Below the pieces are notes generated by a model. The model was not told the origin of the DNA. It made no database searches and saw only the letters and a program-made list of their open reading frames with translations. Below, one piece after another: positions 37,342-46,613 of a stretch of DNA of 64,000 bases; the stretch's first letter is position 1; every line of letters begins with the position of its first letter. The stretch is from a virus, in the IMG/VR virus record IMGVR_UViG_3300007754_000004, positions 20,413 through 84,412 of that record, one strand, 5' to 3'. Position numbers and translations under genes: made by a program.

Positions 37342-37998
37342 CTACGATTCGCCTTCATTGGTGACCCAGAAGTCTCGGGTCAGCATAGAAGCTCGCCCCT
37401 CAGACATGCTTATGGCTTCCTTTACCCGCAGGCCGATCCCTGACTTGAGCGTCTGCGAACCCTGCTTGAGACGATGAAGGTTCAAATACACAATCTCTTG
37501 CGCGGTCACGTCCACGAACCCAACAAGAAGCTGGGAAGGGTCGTCCGCGAGGAGGAGGCTATGACCCTCAAGGGCTCTCGCCCTCATCGTCTTCAAGTAA
37601 CTATCCAACGAATCAGGCCGGATAACCGCTCGCCAGTCCGAATTTGGGTTCCGCCCTGTGTCTATGTCGTCTGAAGGCAGGGGATCCCCGGACCAGAAGG
37701 CTTCCGTCAGAAGGAACGCCCGTCCAGCCGGGTACCGGATTGCTTCCCGGATTCTTTGAGCTTGGGAGCCCGCCGGCTCATCGTCACCGCCTCCCCATCC
37801 CTTGATGTATCGAAGGCCCACCTTGAAGGACTCGCCTGTATCCTTATCCACGAAGCCAATATGTCGAGTCCGAGGGTTATCCTCGCTCTCCAAGGAGGCC
37901 CCCGCCTCTACCCGAAGCTTGATCTCCGCAAGAAACTCGTCGAAGGAGTAGAACTCAACGATCCTACCCAGATCAAAGACACCGTGCCCTTTTTTCAT
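37342..37998 (-). CDS. hypothetical protein made of two tandem ~85-aa repeats
   Basis: Repeated S.D..L....R...G.SL...D.P....GFVD......L..K......R..EAI....GRA.LT..FW; ATG at 37998 with purine-rich SD (the track starts at 38079). Confidence 0.65.
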   Translation of the reverse strand: MKKGHGVFDLGRIVEFYSFDEFLAEIKLRVEAGASLESEDNPRTRHIGFVDKDTGESFKVGLRYIKGWGGGDDEPAGSQAQRIREAIRYPAGRAFLLTEAFWSGDPLPSDDIDTGRNPNSDWRAVIRPDSLDSYLKTMRARALEGHSLLLADDPSQLLVGFVDVTAQEIVYLNLHRLKQGSQTLKSGIGLRVKEAISMSEGRASMLTRDFWVTNEGES

Positions 37999-38017
37999 CT
38001 CTCTTCCCTCTATGCCT

Positions 38018-38044
38018 GGGCACATTACCCGAGATACTCGTATA
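38018..38044 (+). promoter_or_regulatory. putative promoter, class A (variant)
   Basis: GGGCAC-N14-TCGTATA ahead of the plus-strand island. Confidence 0.4.
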
Positions 38045-38175
38045 AGAGCGTGACCCTCAAACCGAGCAACCTTTGACACCGCTCCAAGAACTCTGCTGCC
38101 TCGTAGGATTCCCGGCCAGCATCGACCGAGACCTGCTCATCACGAGAGCCGTGAGCCGACACTGCGGAGGCAACC

Positions 38176-38622
38176 GTGTTCCCTAGCCACGACCTGTCCG
38201 GTCTCTATGGCTTCCTCTCCCCTTCCCAGGGTCAGCAGTTGGCAGCCCTGGAGAAGGACTACCGGAGGCTCCTCGCAGCCGCGGAAAAGGACCGTCAGAT
38301 TCTCCTCGGCGTGCTCGACACCATCGGAGTGCGGCTGGACGAGCTGGTCCCGGACCCCGAGGTAGCCAAGGCCCGGGTTCTCCACTATATGAACCTCTGG
38401 AAGGAGGATAGGGCAGACTCCTCCCGATGGCAGGAGATCGACCAGGAAGACGAATCGACGTGGCCCCCGAACAACGAGTGGACTCTCAACTGGAACGAGA
38501 GTGAGTGGTACGTCGAGGTCCCCGGGAATTTCCGAGGGATGGTGGACGAGTCCCCTGAACACTTCCACGGGATCAAATACCTCATCCTCTCCTTCCACGG
38601 GAAGGTGCCCGGTGGATCCTGA
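38176..38622 (+). CDS. hypothetical protein
   Basis: GGAGG SD, GTG start, 148 aa. Confidence 0.6.
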   Translation: MFPSHDLSGLYGFLSPSQGQQLAALEKDYRRLLAAAEKDRQILLGVLDTIGVRLDELVPDPEVAKARVLHYMNLWKEDRADSSRWQEIDQEDESTWPPNNEWTLNWNESEWYVEVPGNFRGMVDESPEHFHGIKYLILSFHGKVPGGS

Positions 38623-39154
38623 ATCCTGGCCCGCCGCCCTCCCCAGCGGCAGCACCTACGCCAATATCCAACATCCGGTACTCGCCCGAAGTCAATCGCA
38701 CAAAGAGCCCGTGAGAGCGATCCTAGGCCCCTATCGGCGGGGTGAGCTGGTCGTCCCCGACTACCAGAGGGGGCGAGTCTGGACGCCTCGACAGCAGGCG
38801 GAATTCACGGGCTTCCTGCTGGAAGGCGGACCCGTCCCCGCGATCTTCATCCGAGACGTGGACACCGACGATGGGTTCCGAGACGAGCTGGTAGACGGGC
38901 AGCAACGGATCCTCGCCCTCATCGCGTGGGAAGATGAGAAGATCCCCGCGATCCTGCCCTCGCAGAACCGCTGCATCTGGAAGCGAGATATGGAGTGGCC
39001 CGGCTGGAGGATGAACATCTGCCTACCGGTTGGCCGTTTCCGAGGAACCCGAGCAGAAGCCATGAGCCTCTACCTCGCCATCAACACCAAGGGGACGCCG
39101 CATACACAAGCGGAACTCGACCGGGTTCGGGGAATGTTGGAAAAGGAGAGGTAA
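38612..39154 (+). CDS. DUF262 (GmrSD/ParB-like) domain protein
   Basis: PDYQRGRVW, LVDGQQRI and YLAINTKGTP motifs; probable GTG start at 38612 (the track starts at 38501). Confidence 0.85.
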   Translation: MDPESWPAALPSGSTYANIQHPVLARSQSHKEPVRAILGPYRRGELVVPDYQRGRVWTPRQQAEFTGFLLEGGPVPAIFIRDVDTDDGFRDELVDGQQRILALIAWEDEKIPAILPSQNRCIWKRDMEWPGWRMNICLPVGRFRGTRAEAMSLYLAINTKGTPHTQAELDRVRGMLEKER

Positions 39155-39177
39155 CTCTTAGGGGGTTGGTTCGTATA
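39150..39177 (+). promoter_or_regulatory. putative promoter, class A
   Basis: GGTAAC-N15-TCGTATA. Confidence 0.55.
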
Positions 39178-39199
39178 CCCCATTAACCTGGAGTTGAAC

Positions 39200-39418
39200 A
39201 TGTCCCCCCGACTCATCAACCTCACCAAGAGAATTCTCCGGGCGCGTTCCGTCATCGCGGCGGACGTGAATCGGGCGAGTCCTGAGAACGACCTCCTGAG
39301 AGGGGTCGCTGGGAGCCTGTCTCACCTCACCCGGGATATCGCGACCCTGACCGTTCTCATGGAGAACGAGGGTGCCGCCTGGGAGGAAATCCTCGCTCAT
39401 CTGGAGAACAGCTCGTGA
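39200..39418 (+). CDS. hypothetical protein
   Basis: GGAG SD; helical protein; GTGA-coupled to the next gene. Confidence 0.6.
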   Translation: MSPRLINLTKRILRARSVIAADVNRASPENDLLRGVAGSLSHLTRDIATLTVLMENEGAAWEEILAHLENSS

Positions 39419-39705
39419 CCGTCGAACGTTTCGTCAAGTCTCCTGGGGAAGCCCCCTCCACCACCCTCCCCGACGGCTCCACGATGACCGTCTACGGCGA
39501 CCACACGCCCACCTGGGTCCGCCTCCCGCCGGACCTGGGAGGCGCCCGAGTGGCCGTGACCCACGCCCGGGAAGTGACGTGCCCCATGATGGGCTGCGGG
39601 AGTCACCGGGGCTTCGTTACCTCCGCGCCCGCTCCCAGGGACGGGATGATCGCCTTGGTGGAATGCCCAGAGTCCTCCCGGATCTTCTGGGTTCGGGTTC
39701 AGTGA
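39415..39705 (+). CDS. hypothetical protein
   Basis: 96 aa, coupled start, CPMMGC...CP. Confidence 0.55.
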   Translation: MTVERFVKSPGEAPSTTLPDGSTMTVYGDHTPTWVRLPPDLGGARVAVTHAREVTCPMMGCGSHRGFVTSAPAPRDGMIALVECPESSRIFWVRVQ

Positions 39706-39739
39706 GACTCGCCTGGAGTCTCCTCTCGGAGGCTGAGAC

Positions 39740-40261
39740 GTGAACCTCCCAGACTTATGCGAAGCCCTCGGGATCCCTTATTCTCCGGACACCGCCCATC
39801 GTACCGAAGACAAGATGTGGGAGACCCCCTGGGATGGGAAGCAGCTCCACGGGGCTTGTGAGGGCGGCCTGAGTCGTGAAGCGGACCTCTTTCACGATAT
39901 CGGACACTGGCTAGTGGCGTCTCCTGACCGCCGACACCTCATCGGTTTCGGTCTAGGACCGTCCTACGACGGAGCTGGGGGGGATCAAAAAGACGATCCC
40001 CTCTTCAAAGCCTATGTCCTGGTGGAACCGGAAGTCCAAGCCTCCGCCGTTGGAATCCTACTCCACGCACAACAGGATCCAACTCAGGCCGGCTTCCATG
40101 CCGACGAACATGGCTGGTTTGACCCCGGGGATCGCTGGACAGATCTCCGAGAATCTATCCGGAAAGAGATCCCGGAACGAGTCCTCGTGCTCCTAGAATC
40201 CGCTGGTGTGGAGATTGACTGGTCCTGCATCGATTTCAGGAAGTCAACCCCTCCTCAGTGA
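39740..40261 (+). CDS. hypothetical protein, EpmC/YfcM-like HxxxH metal-site protein
   Basis: LFHDIGHWLVASPDRRHLIGFG....DG resembles the YfcM core LHEIxHWCIAGxxRRxLxDFGY..PDG. Confidence 0.5.
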   Translation: MNLPDLCEALGIPYSPDTAHRTEDKMWETPWDGKQLHGACEGGLSREADLFHDIGHWLVASPDRRHLIGFGLGPSYDGAGGDQKDDPLFKAYVLVEPEVQASAVGILLHAQQDPTQAGFHADEHGWFDPGDRWTDLRESIRKEIPERVLVLLESAGVEIDWSCIDFRKSTPPQ

Positions 40262-40547
40262 CCGTGAATTCATCCCGCTCCGTCACCTCGTTCATCTCCT
40301 TGGAGTCCGGTGCATACTCCTTGGGGAGACCCTTGACCTTCAAACGGTCAATCCCATCCCCATCCACGAACACCTTGACGACCCGACTGGAACCCCAGAC
40401 CCCGAGTAGTTCCACGGCTCCAAGGAAACGACAGATCTTCTGGACGGTCTCGGGTCTCCCCGAGATTTTCAAGTCCACCGTCTCGGTCTCCTGAGCCTGA
40501 CGACGAAGCCAATGGCCGGCAACACGAGAGGATGAGGGTTTGGACAC
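40236..40547 (-). CDS. small late hypothetical protein
   Basis: GTG at 40547 with CAGGAGG SD; class B motif directly upstream. Confidence 0.65.
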   Translation of the reverse strand: MSKPSSSRVAGHWLRRQAQETETVDLKISGRPETVQKICRFLGAVELLGVWGSSRVVKVFVDGDGIDRLKVKGLPKEYAPDSKEMNEVTERDEFTVTEEGLTS

Positions 40548-40572
40548 GGTAACCTCCTGTTCCATCCAGGAA

Positions 40573-40587
40573 CATAGAGGGACTACC
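40573..40587 (-). promoter_or_regulatory. putative late promoter, class B
   Basis: GGTAGTCCCTCTATG. Confidence 0.55.
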
Positions 40588-40686
40588 ACCTCAAACGAAA
40601 CGACCTAGCTCGTCCCGTGACGACAAGCAGAGCAGGTTTTCATGCCTGGGATATTAGGTTTTCCCTACCCGCTACGTCAAGTGATT

Positions 40687-41334
40687 TTAACCCGAGCTGA
40701 TCCGCCACGTAACCCCGAAACGAGCCGTTGCGGCGATCGTGACGACCCCGTGGGTCAAGTAGTTCGCGAGGATATCGTAGTTGGTGAGGTCCACCGTCGT
40801 ATCCCGAGTCGGGTAGGTGTCCGGGTTATGGTTCTTCACCGCGACGTTGGAGGAGATGGTGGACAACAAGCCCATCTCATTGAGAGGGCCTACAGCCTCT
40901 CCCTCCCCGAACGAGACCGTATAGTCCACGATGTTGGTCGGGTAGCTGACCGCTGCCCCATCAGTATCCCGATAGACGACGGAGCTGAAGGCTTTCCGGG
41001 CGATCTCAGCGTTGAGCTTCCGCTGAGCCTTGTCAGGAGCGTCAGGGGACAGCAGGGCTCCTGTAGCCCCGGTACCCACCGCCAACATGTTGATCCCGTT
41101 GGTTCGACTGGAAGGATCCTTGAGGAGGATCGCGGCTAGGATGCCGGCGTCGTGGGTGATGAGGTTCCGCTTGTGGAACTTGTGGAGGGTTCGCCCGGTC
41201 TTCGCATCCCAGGCGTGGAAGAACACCTCCCCGATCTTCTGACCCGGAGCCGGGTCAGCGTAATGGAAGTGGAAAGCCATCGACACGTCATCGCCGCCGG
41301 GCTTCATCTCGTCGTAGTGAATGATGTTGCTCAT
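40687..41334 (-). CDS. baseplate/tail-fibre attachment-type structural protein
   Basis: RNLIT..G...INMLAVGTG......L..EIARK...SFGEGEAVGPLNEMGL...TWRI pattern of tail-fibre/collar N-terminal-like proteins. Confidence 0.7.
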   Translation of the reverse strand: MSNIIHYDEMKPGGDDVSMAFHFHYADPAPGQKIGEVFFHAWDAKTGRTLHKFHKRNLITHDAGILAAILLKDPSSRTNGINMLAVGTGATGALLSPDAPDKAQRKLNAEIARKAFSSVVYRDTDGAAVSYPTNIVDYTVSFGEGEAVGPLNEMGLLSTISSNVAVKNHNPDTYPTRDTTVDLTNYDILANYLTHGVVTIAATARFGVTWRISSG

Positions 41335-41363
41335 AAAGTCCTCGATGCCACCTTACCGGGGCC

Positions 41364-44300
41364 TCAGTTAGCTGCTTCCACGGAACCATCCGTGATCGTC
41401 GGAGCGTCCACGGCAGCCCCACCGAGAAGAACGAATTCGCTGCCATCCAGAGCGACCCCGCCCGCCAGGAGACTCTCCTGGTTGAGAGCGACGAGCCCCG
41501 GACCCCAGGGGGCCGCTCTGGAGTAGAGCCCGGCACCGTCCGTGATTCGATACGCGGCAGCCCCGTTGCCTTCCGCCCCTGCGGTGCCGTTGCCCCCATC
41601 GACGGTCGCCGGAGGAGCATTGTCCGTCCCCAGAGCGACCGTGTCCTCAAGAGCCGTCTCACTCCCAACATCATTGGCGTCGGTCAAAACCGACCGGATC
41701 TTGAGATCCCAGGAGACCCGCTTTCGGGTGGGGCTCCGGGTCGATTGACCGGAGTGCTGAGCATTGGGCCAGAGGAGCATGGTGCCTGGGCCCAGAGTCC
41801 CTCCGGTGTACACTCCCCCAGAGCAGAAGAACAGGCTCGTTTGCTGGTGGCTGTTGTCCAGGCTGTCCTGAATCAGGGCATCTGACTTGACCGCCTGTTC
41901 GGTAAACTGCGTCCCCTCCAGCGTGATCTCAATCAGCCCCTCACCGATAGCAGGACCATCGCAGAGCATAGAGAGGAGTCCTTCCTCCCCCCCATCGTCC
42001 GCCTCAAAGAAGTCCAGGGATTCATAGCGGGCGTCGGGGTCCTTCGTCTGAACCGTCCGATAGGGGTCGTTCAGGATGAAATCCATGTCCCCGAGCGTGT
42101 CGTTGGGGTCGTTGACCCGCGACCCGTGCTGGACCTCCGTGGTTGTCGTTCCCAGCTCGCTCTTGGGGAAGGGGGGAGTCCCCTCGTTCAACCGGGTGAC
42201 CGTTTGATGGAAAGCCTGCCCCTGGAGGTACGTGCTGGTAACCGGACCCCCAGGAGCGAAAGTCACCGTCACCCCGGAGGTGGGGTCAGTCAACGCCGTC
42301 GTCAGGGTGATCGTCTGGGCGTCCGCGTCGAAAGTCCAAGCGGAGGAACTGAGTACGACCCCACCCGCAGTCACCGAGAAGACCCGACTCGCGTTGATGT
42401 GGGCGGGGCGGAGGGAGACCAGGGTGGCAGTCAAGGGAGTGACTACCACGGTCTCCACCGACACATCTGTCCCCAGCTCGCCGCTGTGGATGATGTTGCC
42501 GCGGTTGAGAACCATGTGGTGCGGCGAGATGAAGTCTTCTGTCGGATACTGGTAGATCCGGTAGCGGACTTCTTTCCATCTCTGCTGGGTAATCGAGCCC
42601 GCCCCTAAAGCCCCCCAACGGACCATTCCGAAGGACTCGCTGGACCGCGGGAGGTCCCGGTACTCTACGTTGATCCACGCCGCGGAAGGCTCCGTGGTCT
42701 CCGTCGCGAAGTCCCCATCATACCCTGAAGGCAGGTCCATATCGGGGCGGAGGAGACTGACTCCCCAGGCCGGATCCCGATGGAGACGGAGACGAATCGG
42801 GCTCCTCCAATCCATTTCCTGAAGCGTGGCTGCCGTAGAGGAGTTGACTGCGTCGGTCCCGTCCGTCCGGGGTAGCCGCCAATGGTCAATATCCCCCGGC
42901 GTTGTCCCTACGAAGATGCCGAGAGTACGCTTGGCGGTGGCGGGAGGAAGCTCTTGGACGCTGAAGGAATCGACGTCCATTGAAAATGCCGTGTCGGCCC
43001 CCATCGCACCCACAAACGCCATTGTATCCGTGGTCGCGAGGGTAAAATCAGTGAGCGTCGCCGTCCCCTGGAGGACGTCGTCCACCAGGAGGGAGACCAC
43101 ACCCGTCGTGGGATCCGCCAACACTCGATAGACGTGATGAGCCGCATCAGTCCAGTCAAAGCTGAAGGTCGCGATCGGGGTCCCGTCGCTGTGTAGGATC
43201 ACCCTCGCCGGGTTGGCGAGGAAACCCACGGCTACCGTCCGAGCCGCTGGCGCGGTGCCTACCTCCGCTCCCCAGACAGGCCCCATTTCATCAGACCCGT
43301 TCGCCGTGTAGCTGAGCACGGCAGCCCGAGCCTCGATGATCCGACCTCCGCTGGCTGGGGTTTTCAGGTCGGAAAACCATGTCCCCGTCTGACCGACGAC
43401 CTGGGTAATCCTGATGAGCGAGTTTTCAGCCGCCGCCGTGATATCCAAACCCGTAGCCGCGGTCCAACCGGCTCCCGCTGGTGTCTCAAGCCCGGAGAGA
43501 GACGCCTCGCTCAAGGTCAGGAGAGATCGGGTGGAGCCCGACTCCTGGTAGAGCAACGTCCCGAGCTGAACCTTCCGAGTCGCGTCGTCAATAACGAGGG
43601 TGGCGTCCCCCGGAGCGGTCCCGCTGTCCAGCCAGAAATGAGCATCCAGATCGAGATACCTGGGTGCTGTCAAATGAGGCTCGACCCGACCATAGCCAAA
43701 CGTCGTGGCCCCCCCCGAAGACCCTCTCAGGAGAAGTGTATCCCCGGAGCTGTCGATCTCCGAAGTCCCGAAAGACTGCGTGATGAACCACTTGTTGTTG
43801 CTGTCGTTCTCGGGCTTGGCCCCCATCTCTGCCGCGACGACCACCCCTCGGGAGTGGTAAGTGGTCGCGTCCGGAGTCACCCCGTATCGACGGAAAGCCC
43901 ACCGAGATCGGCTCTTCGCCGCTTCAGACAAAGACCCGAAGAAGAACTGCCCCTGGTCTCCCGTAGGGAGGAGCAACCCGGTCTGAGCAGGAAACGCGGT
44001 CGCAGAAGATAGGCTCGCAGCTTTTCCCGCCAACTCCCCCGCGATATGTAGCTCCGCCTGTCCGGTCTCCGGGGTCGCCGCCAACCGAAGCGTCGTGAGG
44101 GTGCTGGACCAGTCCGTCTCAAAATAAACCGTAGGGTTGTCATTCCCCCACAGCTTGTAATCTGCCGGGAAGGACGACTTCAGGACCACCGTGCTCGTCC
44201 CGTTCGTCAAATGCGAAATCGAGCTGACGGTGTAAATCCCAGCTTGGTTCCCCGAGAGTACCTGAAGCCGAGTGTCCTCCGCGATGTTCTGAGGGAGGAG

Positions 44301-46613
44301 GCTCGTCGTAGCGGAGAATGTAGTCGCCGCCGTGATTTCTACCTGGACCCCCAACCCGATCTGCCAAGAAGCCACCAGATCGGGCCTGGAGGCGTCTTTG
44401 AGCAGGCCGATATGCTTGACCCCGTTAACGTCGAGACAGCCCGCCAGGAACAAGCTCAGGCTGTTGTGGAAGCCAAAACCGACACCGCAGAAGACCCCGG
44501 TAGCCGTGTAGGACTCCACCAGGATTCGAGCAGAATCCGTGACCGAAGAAGAATAGGAGAAATCCCCCTCGCGGTGATAGACAGCGGCGGTCGTCGCCCC
44601 CTGATCATCAACGATCCAGGTCTTGTCTGCGAAGTTCCCAGACCCGGACTCCGTCCCCGTAAGACCCCACCCCGAGGATTGCGGGTCGTCAGGGCCTTCA
44701 AACGCAATCGCGACTCCCGGAGGAGTCCGGGTCATGTCGTGGAGTCCCGCCCTATGGGGGTCCCGGTTGAGCAAGAGCGTAGAGGAGTTGAGTAGAGCAC
44801 TCTGCTCCCGCTCAAATCCCATATACCGGTGTCCGATGAACTTGGGCTTCTTACGGGCCGGGGGGCCTAGGACCACGCTCATCGGGAAGCGGTTGGACTT
44901 GGCGACTCCGTTTGGAGAACTCGTTGAGGTGGTGTTTCTGCCCTGGGGATGATCCCACTGATTGAGAACCAGCCCGAGCGTGTTGAGTCCAGAGAGCGAA
45001 ATCAAAGGAGTCTGGAACCAAGTGTAATCCACCTGGACCGTCATCTCCCCGATCGGCATTCTCGGGATAGGGGTCGCCAGCGTCACGAGACCCGTATACG
45101 GGTTGATCTGGCTGATGGTCACCGCGGTTCCGTTGACCCGGACAGTCACGTCCTCTTTAGCAGCAGGGGTTCCATCGCCCCACCCCTTCACTAGCGGGCC
45201 CCGCTGAGTCTGCAATGTGGAGAGAGCGAGCCCGTCATCCCCCGTGAAAGTCGTAGTGCCGCCATGAACGAAGTTCCAGGCGGAGGAGAACACCGTCTGA
45301 CTGCTGGTGAAGTCGAGGCTCTTGAGGGGGAGCTGAGTCACCCCGTGCGTGACCCCCAGGGTGAACTGACAACCCGGAGAGATAGTCGGAGAGCCGTCTA
45401 GAGCCGTAGAGGCTGCGGAGAGAAGAGGGGTGTCGTTGAAAAGGAAGCCGAAGAGGGACCCCTTCTGATTCCGAACGACCGTGATCTTGGACTGGTTACT
45501 GGACCAAGCCGCCGGCACCTGCGCTGTGTAGGAACCGCTAACGATATCCAACACATCGACACTGCTGACCCGCTTGAGCGAGATGCTGAGCTGGACCGAT
45601 CCGTCTGAAACTATCCAGGTCCCGAGAGTCGTGTCCCCCAGAGCGGGGCTGTAGGTCGCGGAGGTTGGGTCGATGACCAGATCGACCCGGTAAGAGGACC
45701 CCGCCTGAATCTTCCCCGTCGTGTCTTGGAAGCTCCAGCCATAGGTGTCCCCTTCCGCTTTTGTCAAAAGCAGACCTGAGACAGCCACCGCTGACGACCC
45801 GACGCCGACTTCCACCCCCGTGAATCCTGTCGCCGCTGTAGGGAGCACGTCACCGTCATAGTCGATCGCTGTCGCGGGACCGATCTCCGCCGTGTAAGCG
45901 GCGGTCGTCTGCCCTTTCACCGTCAGGACAACTTGATCGGCCTGAGGCTGGTCTACCTCGGTGACCGCGAGAGTCACCGGGTAGCTGGAGGTAAAGACAT
46001 AAGCGGAAGTCGTCTCGATACCGGGAGAGAACTCCGTCTCCGTCAGCATGTCCTGACTGAAATCTACCTGGAGGCTGTCCCCCGCGGTCGGGGTGACCGT
46101 GAACGTCGGAGTCGAACCCAGGGAGTAAAAACTCGCAGTCCAGACCGAGTCTACCTCGTTATCTGAGAGATCCGTGACCCCCGAAACAGCGATAAGATAG
46201 CTGCCGCCCAGAGTCGTCCCTGAATGGGTCACGATGACGCTGGTGTAGCCGCCATAGGAACCTTTCACCCCGCCGGCCACACTCGTCGCTGTCGCAGGTG
46301 CTCCGAGGGTCGGCGTGAAGGTGTAGTTCGTGGCGTCCTTCAAAACGGCGTCGTCTTTCATCTCTTCGGAGAAGAAGACTTCAACCCGGGAGCCATCGAG
46401 TGACTGAGCCGACGTGACCCGAGGGCTCGTAATATCCGACGAGCCATAAGGACCCGTTCCGTAAGGGCTGCCGCCGTATCCACCACCAGGAGGATAGGGG
46501 CTCCGCGGGAGCAAGGCTCCGCCATAAGGCGAGAAGCCATATTCCGGGCCGCCGTAGCCATACCCTGCTGGTGGGCTCGGGATATAGAGCCCGCTGACAG
46601 GATCAATAGGCAT
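41364..46613 (-). CDS. large virion protein (1749 aa) with Ig-like and lectin-like beta-sandwich domains
   Basis: GYG/PYG-rich N-terminus; PRVTSAQSLDGSRVEVFFSEEM Ig-like; FDWTDAAHHVYRV...VSLLVDD ConA/LamG-like. Confidence 0.75.
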   Translation of the reverse strand: MPIDPVSGLYIPSPPAGYGYGGPEYGFSPYGGALLPRSPYPPGGGYGGSPYGTGPYGSSDITSPRVTSAQSLDGSRVEVFFSEEMKDDAVLKDATNYTFTPTLGAPATATSVAGGVKGSYGGYTSVIVTHSGTTLGGSYLIAVSGVTDLSDNEVDSVWTASFYSLGSTPTFTVTPTAGDSLQVDFSQDMLTETEFSPGIETTSAYVFTSSYPVTLAVTEVDQPQADQVVLTVKGQTTAAYTAEIGPATAIDYDGDVLPTAATGFTGVEVGVGSSAVAVSGLLLTKAEGDTYGWSFQDTTGKIQAGSSYRVDLVIDPTSATYSPALGDTTLGTWIVSDGSVQLSISLKRVSSVDVLDIVSGSYTAQVPAAWSSNQSKITVVRNQKGSLFGFLFNDTPLLSAASTALDGSPTISPGCQFTLGVTHGVTQLPLKSLDFTSSQTVFSSAWNFVHGGTTTFTGDDGLALSTLQTQRGPLVKGWGDGTPAAKEDVTVRVNGTAVTISQINPYTGLVTLATPIPRMPIGEMTVQVDYTWFQTPLISLSGLNTLGLVLNQWDHPQGRNTTSTSSPNGVAKSNRFPMSVVLGPPARKKPKFIGHRYMGFEREQSALLNSSTLLLNRDPHRAGLHDMTRTPPGVAIAFEGPDDPQSSGWGLTGTESGSGNFADKTWIVDDQGATTAAVYHREGDFSYSSSVTDSARILVESYTATGVFCGVGFGFHNSLSLFLAGCLDVNGVKHIGLLKDASRPDLVASWQIGLGVQVEITAATTFSATTSLLPQNIAEDTRLQVLSGNQAGIYTVSSISHLTNGTSTVVLKSSFPADYKLWGNDNPTVYFETDWSSTLTTLRLAATPETGQAELHIAGELAGKAASLSSATAFPAQTGLLLPTGDQGQFFFGSLSEAAKSRSRWAFRRYGVTPDATTYHSRGVVVAAEMGAKPENDSNNKWFITQSFGTSEIDSSGDTLLLRGSSGGATTFGYGRVEPHLTAPRYLDLDAHFWLDSGTAPGDATLVIDDATRKVQLGTLLYQESGSTRSLLTLSEASLSGLETPAGAGWTAATGLDITAAAENSLIRITQVVGQTGTWFSDLKTPASGGRIIEARAAVLSYTANGSDEMGPVWGAEVGTAPAARTVAVGFLANPARVILHSDGTPIATFSFDWTDAAHHVYRVLADPTTGVVSLLVDDVLQGTATLTDFTLATTDTMAFVGAMGADTAFSMDVDSFSVQELPPATAKRTLGIFVGTTPGDIDHWRLPRTDGTDAVNSSTAATLQEMDWRSPIRLRLHRDPAWGVSLLRPDMDLPSGYDGDFATETTEPSAAWINVEYRDLPRSSESFGMVRWGALGAGSITQQRWKEVRYRIYQYPTEDFISPHHMVLNRGNIIHSGELGTDVSVETVVVTPLTATLVSLRPAHINASRVFSVTAGGVVLSSSAWTFDADAQTITLTTALTDPTSGVTVTFAPGGPVTSTYLQGQAFHQTVTRLNEGTPPFPKSELGTTTTEVQHGSRVNDPNDTLGDMDFILNDPYRTVQTKDPDARYESLDFFEADDGGEEGLLSMLCDGPAIGEGLIEITLEGTQFTEQAVKSDALIQDSLDNSHQQTSLFFCSGGVYTGGTLGPGTMLLWPNAQHSGQSTRSPTRKRVSWDLKIRSVLTDANDVGSETALEDTVALGTDNAPPATVDGGNGTAGAEGNGAAAYRITDGAGLYSRAAPWGPGLVALNQESLLAGGVALDGSEFVLLGGAAVDAPTITDGSVEAAN

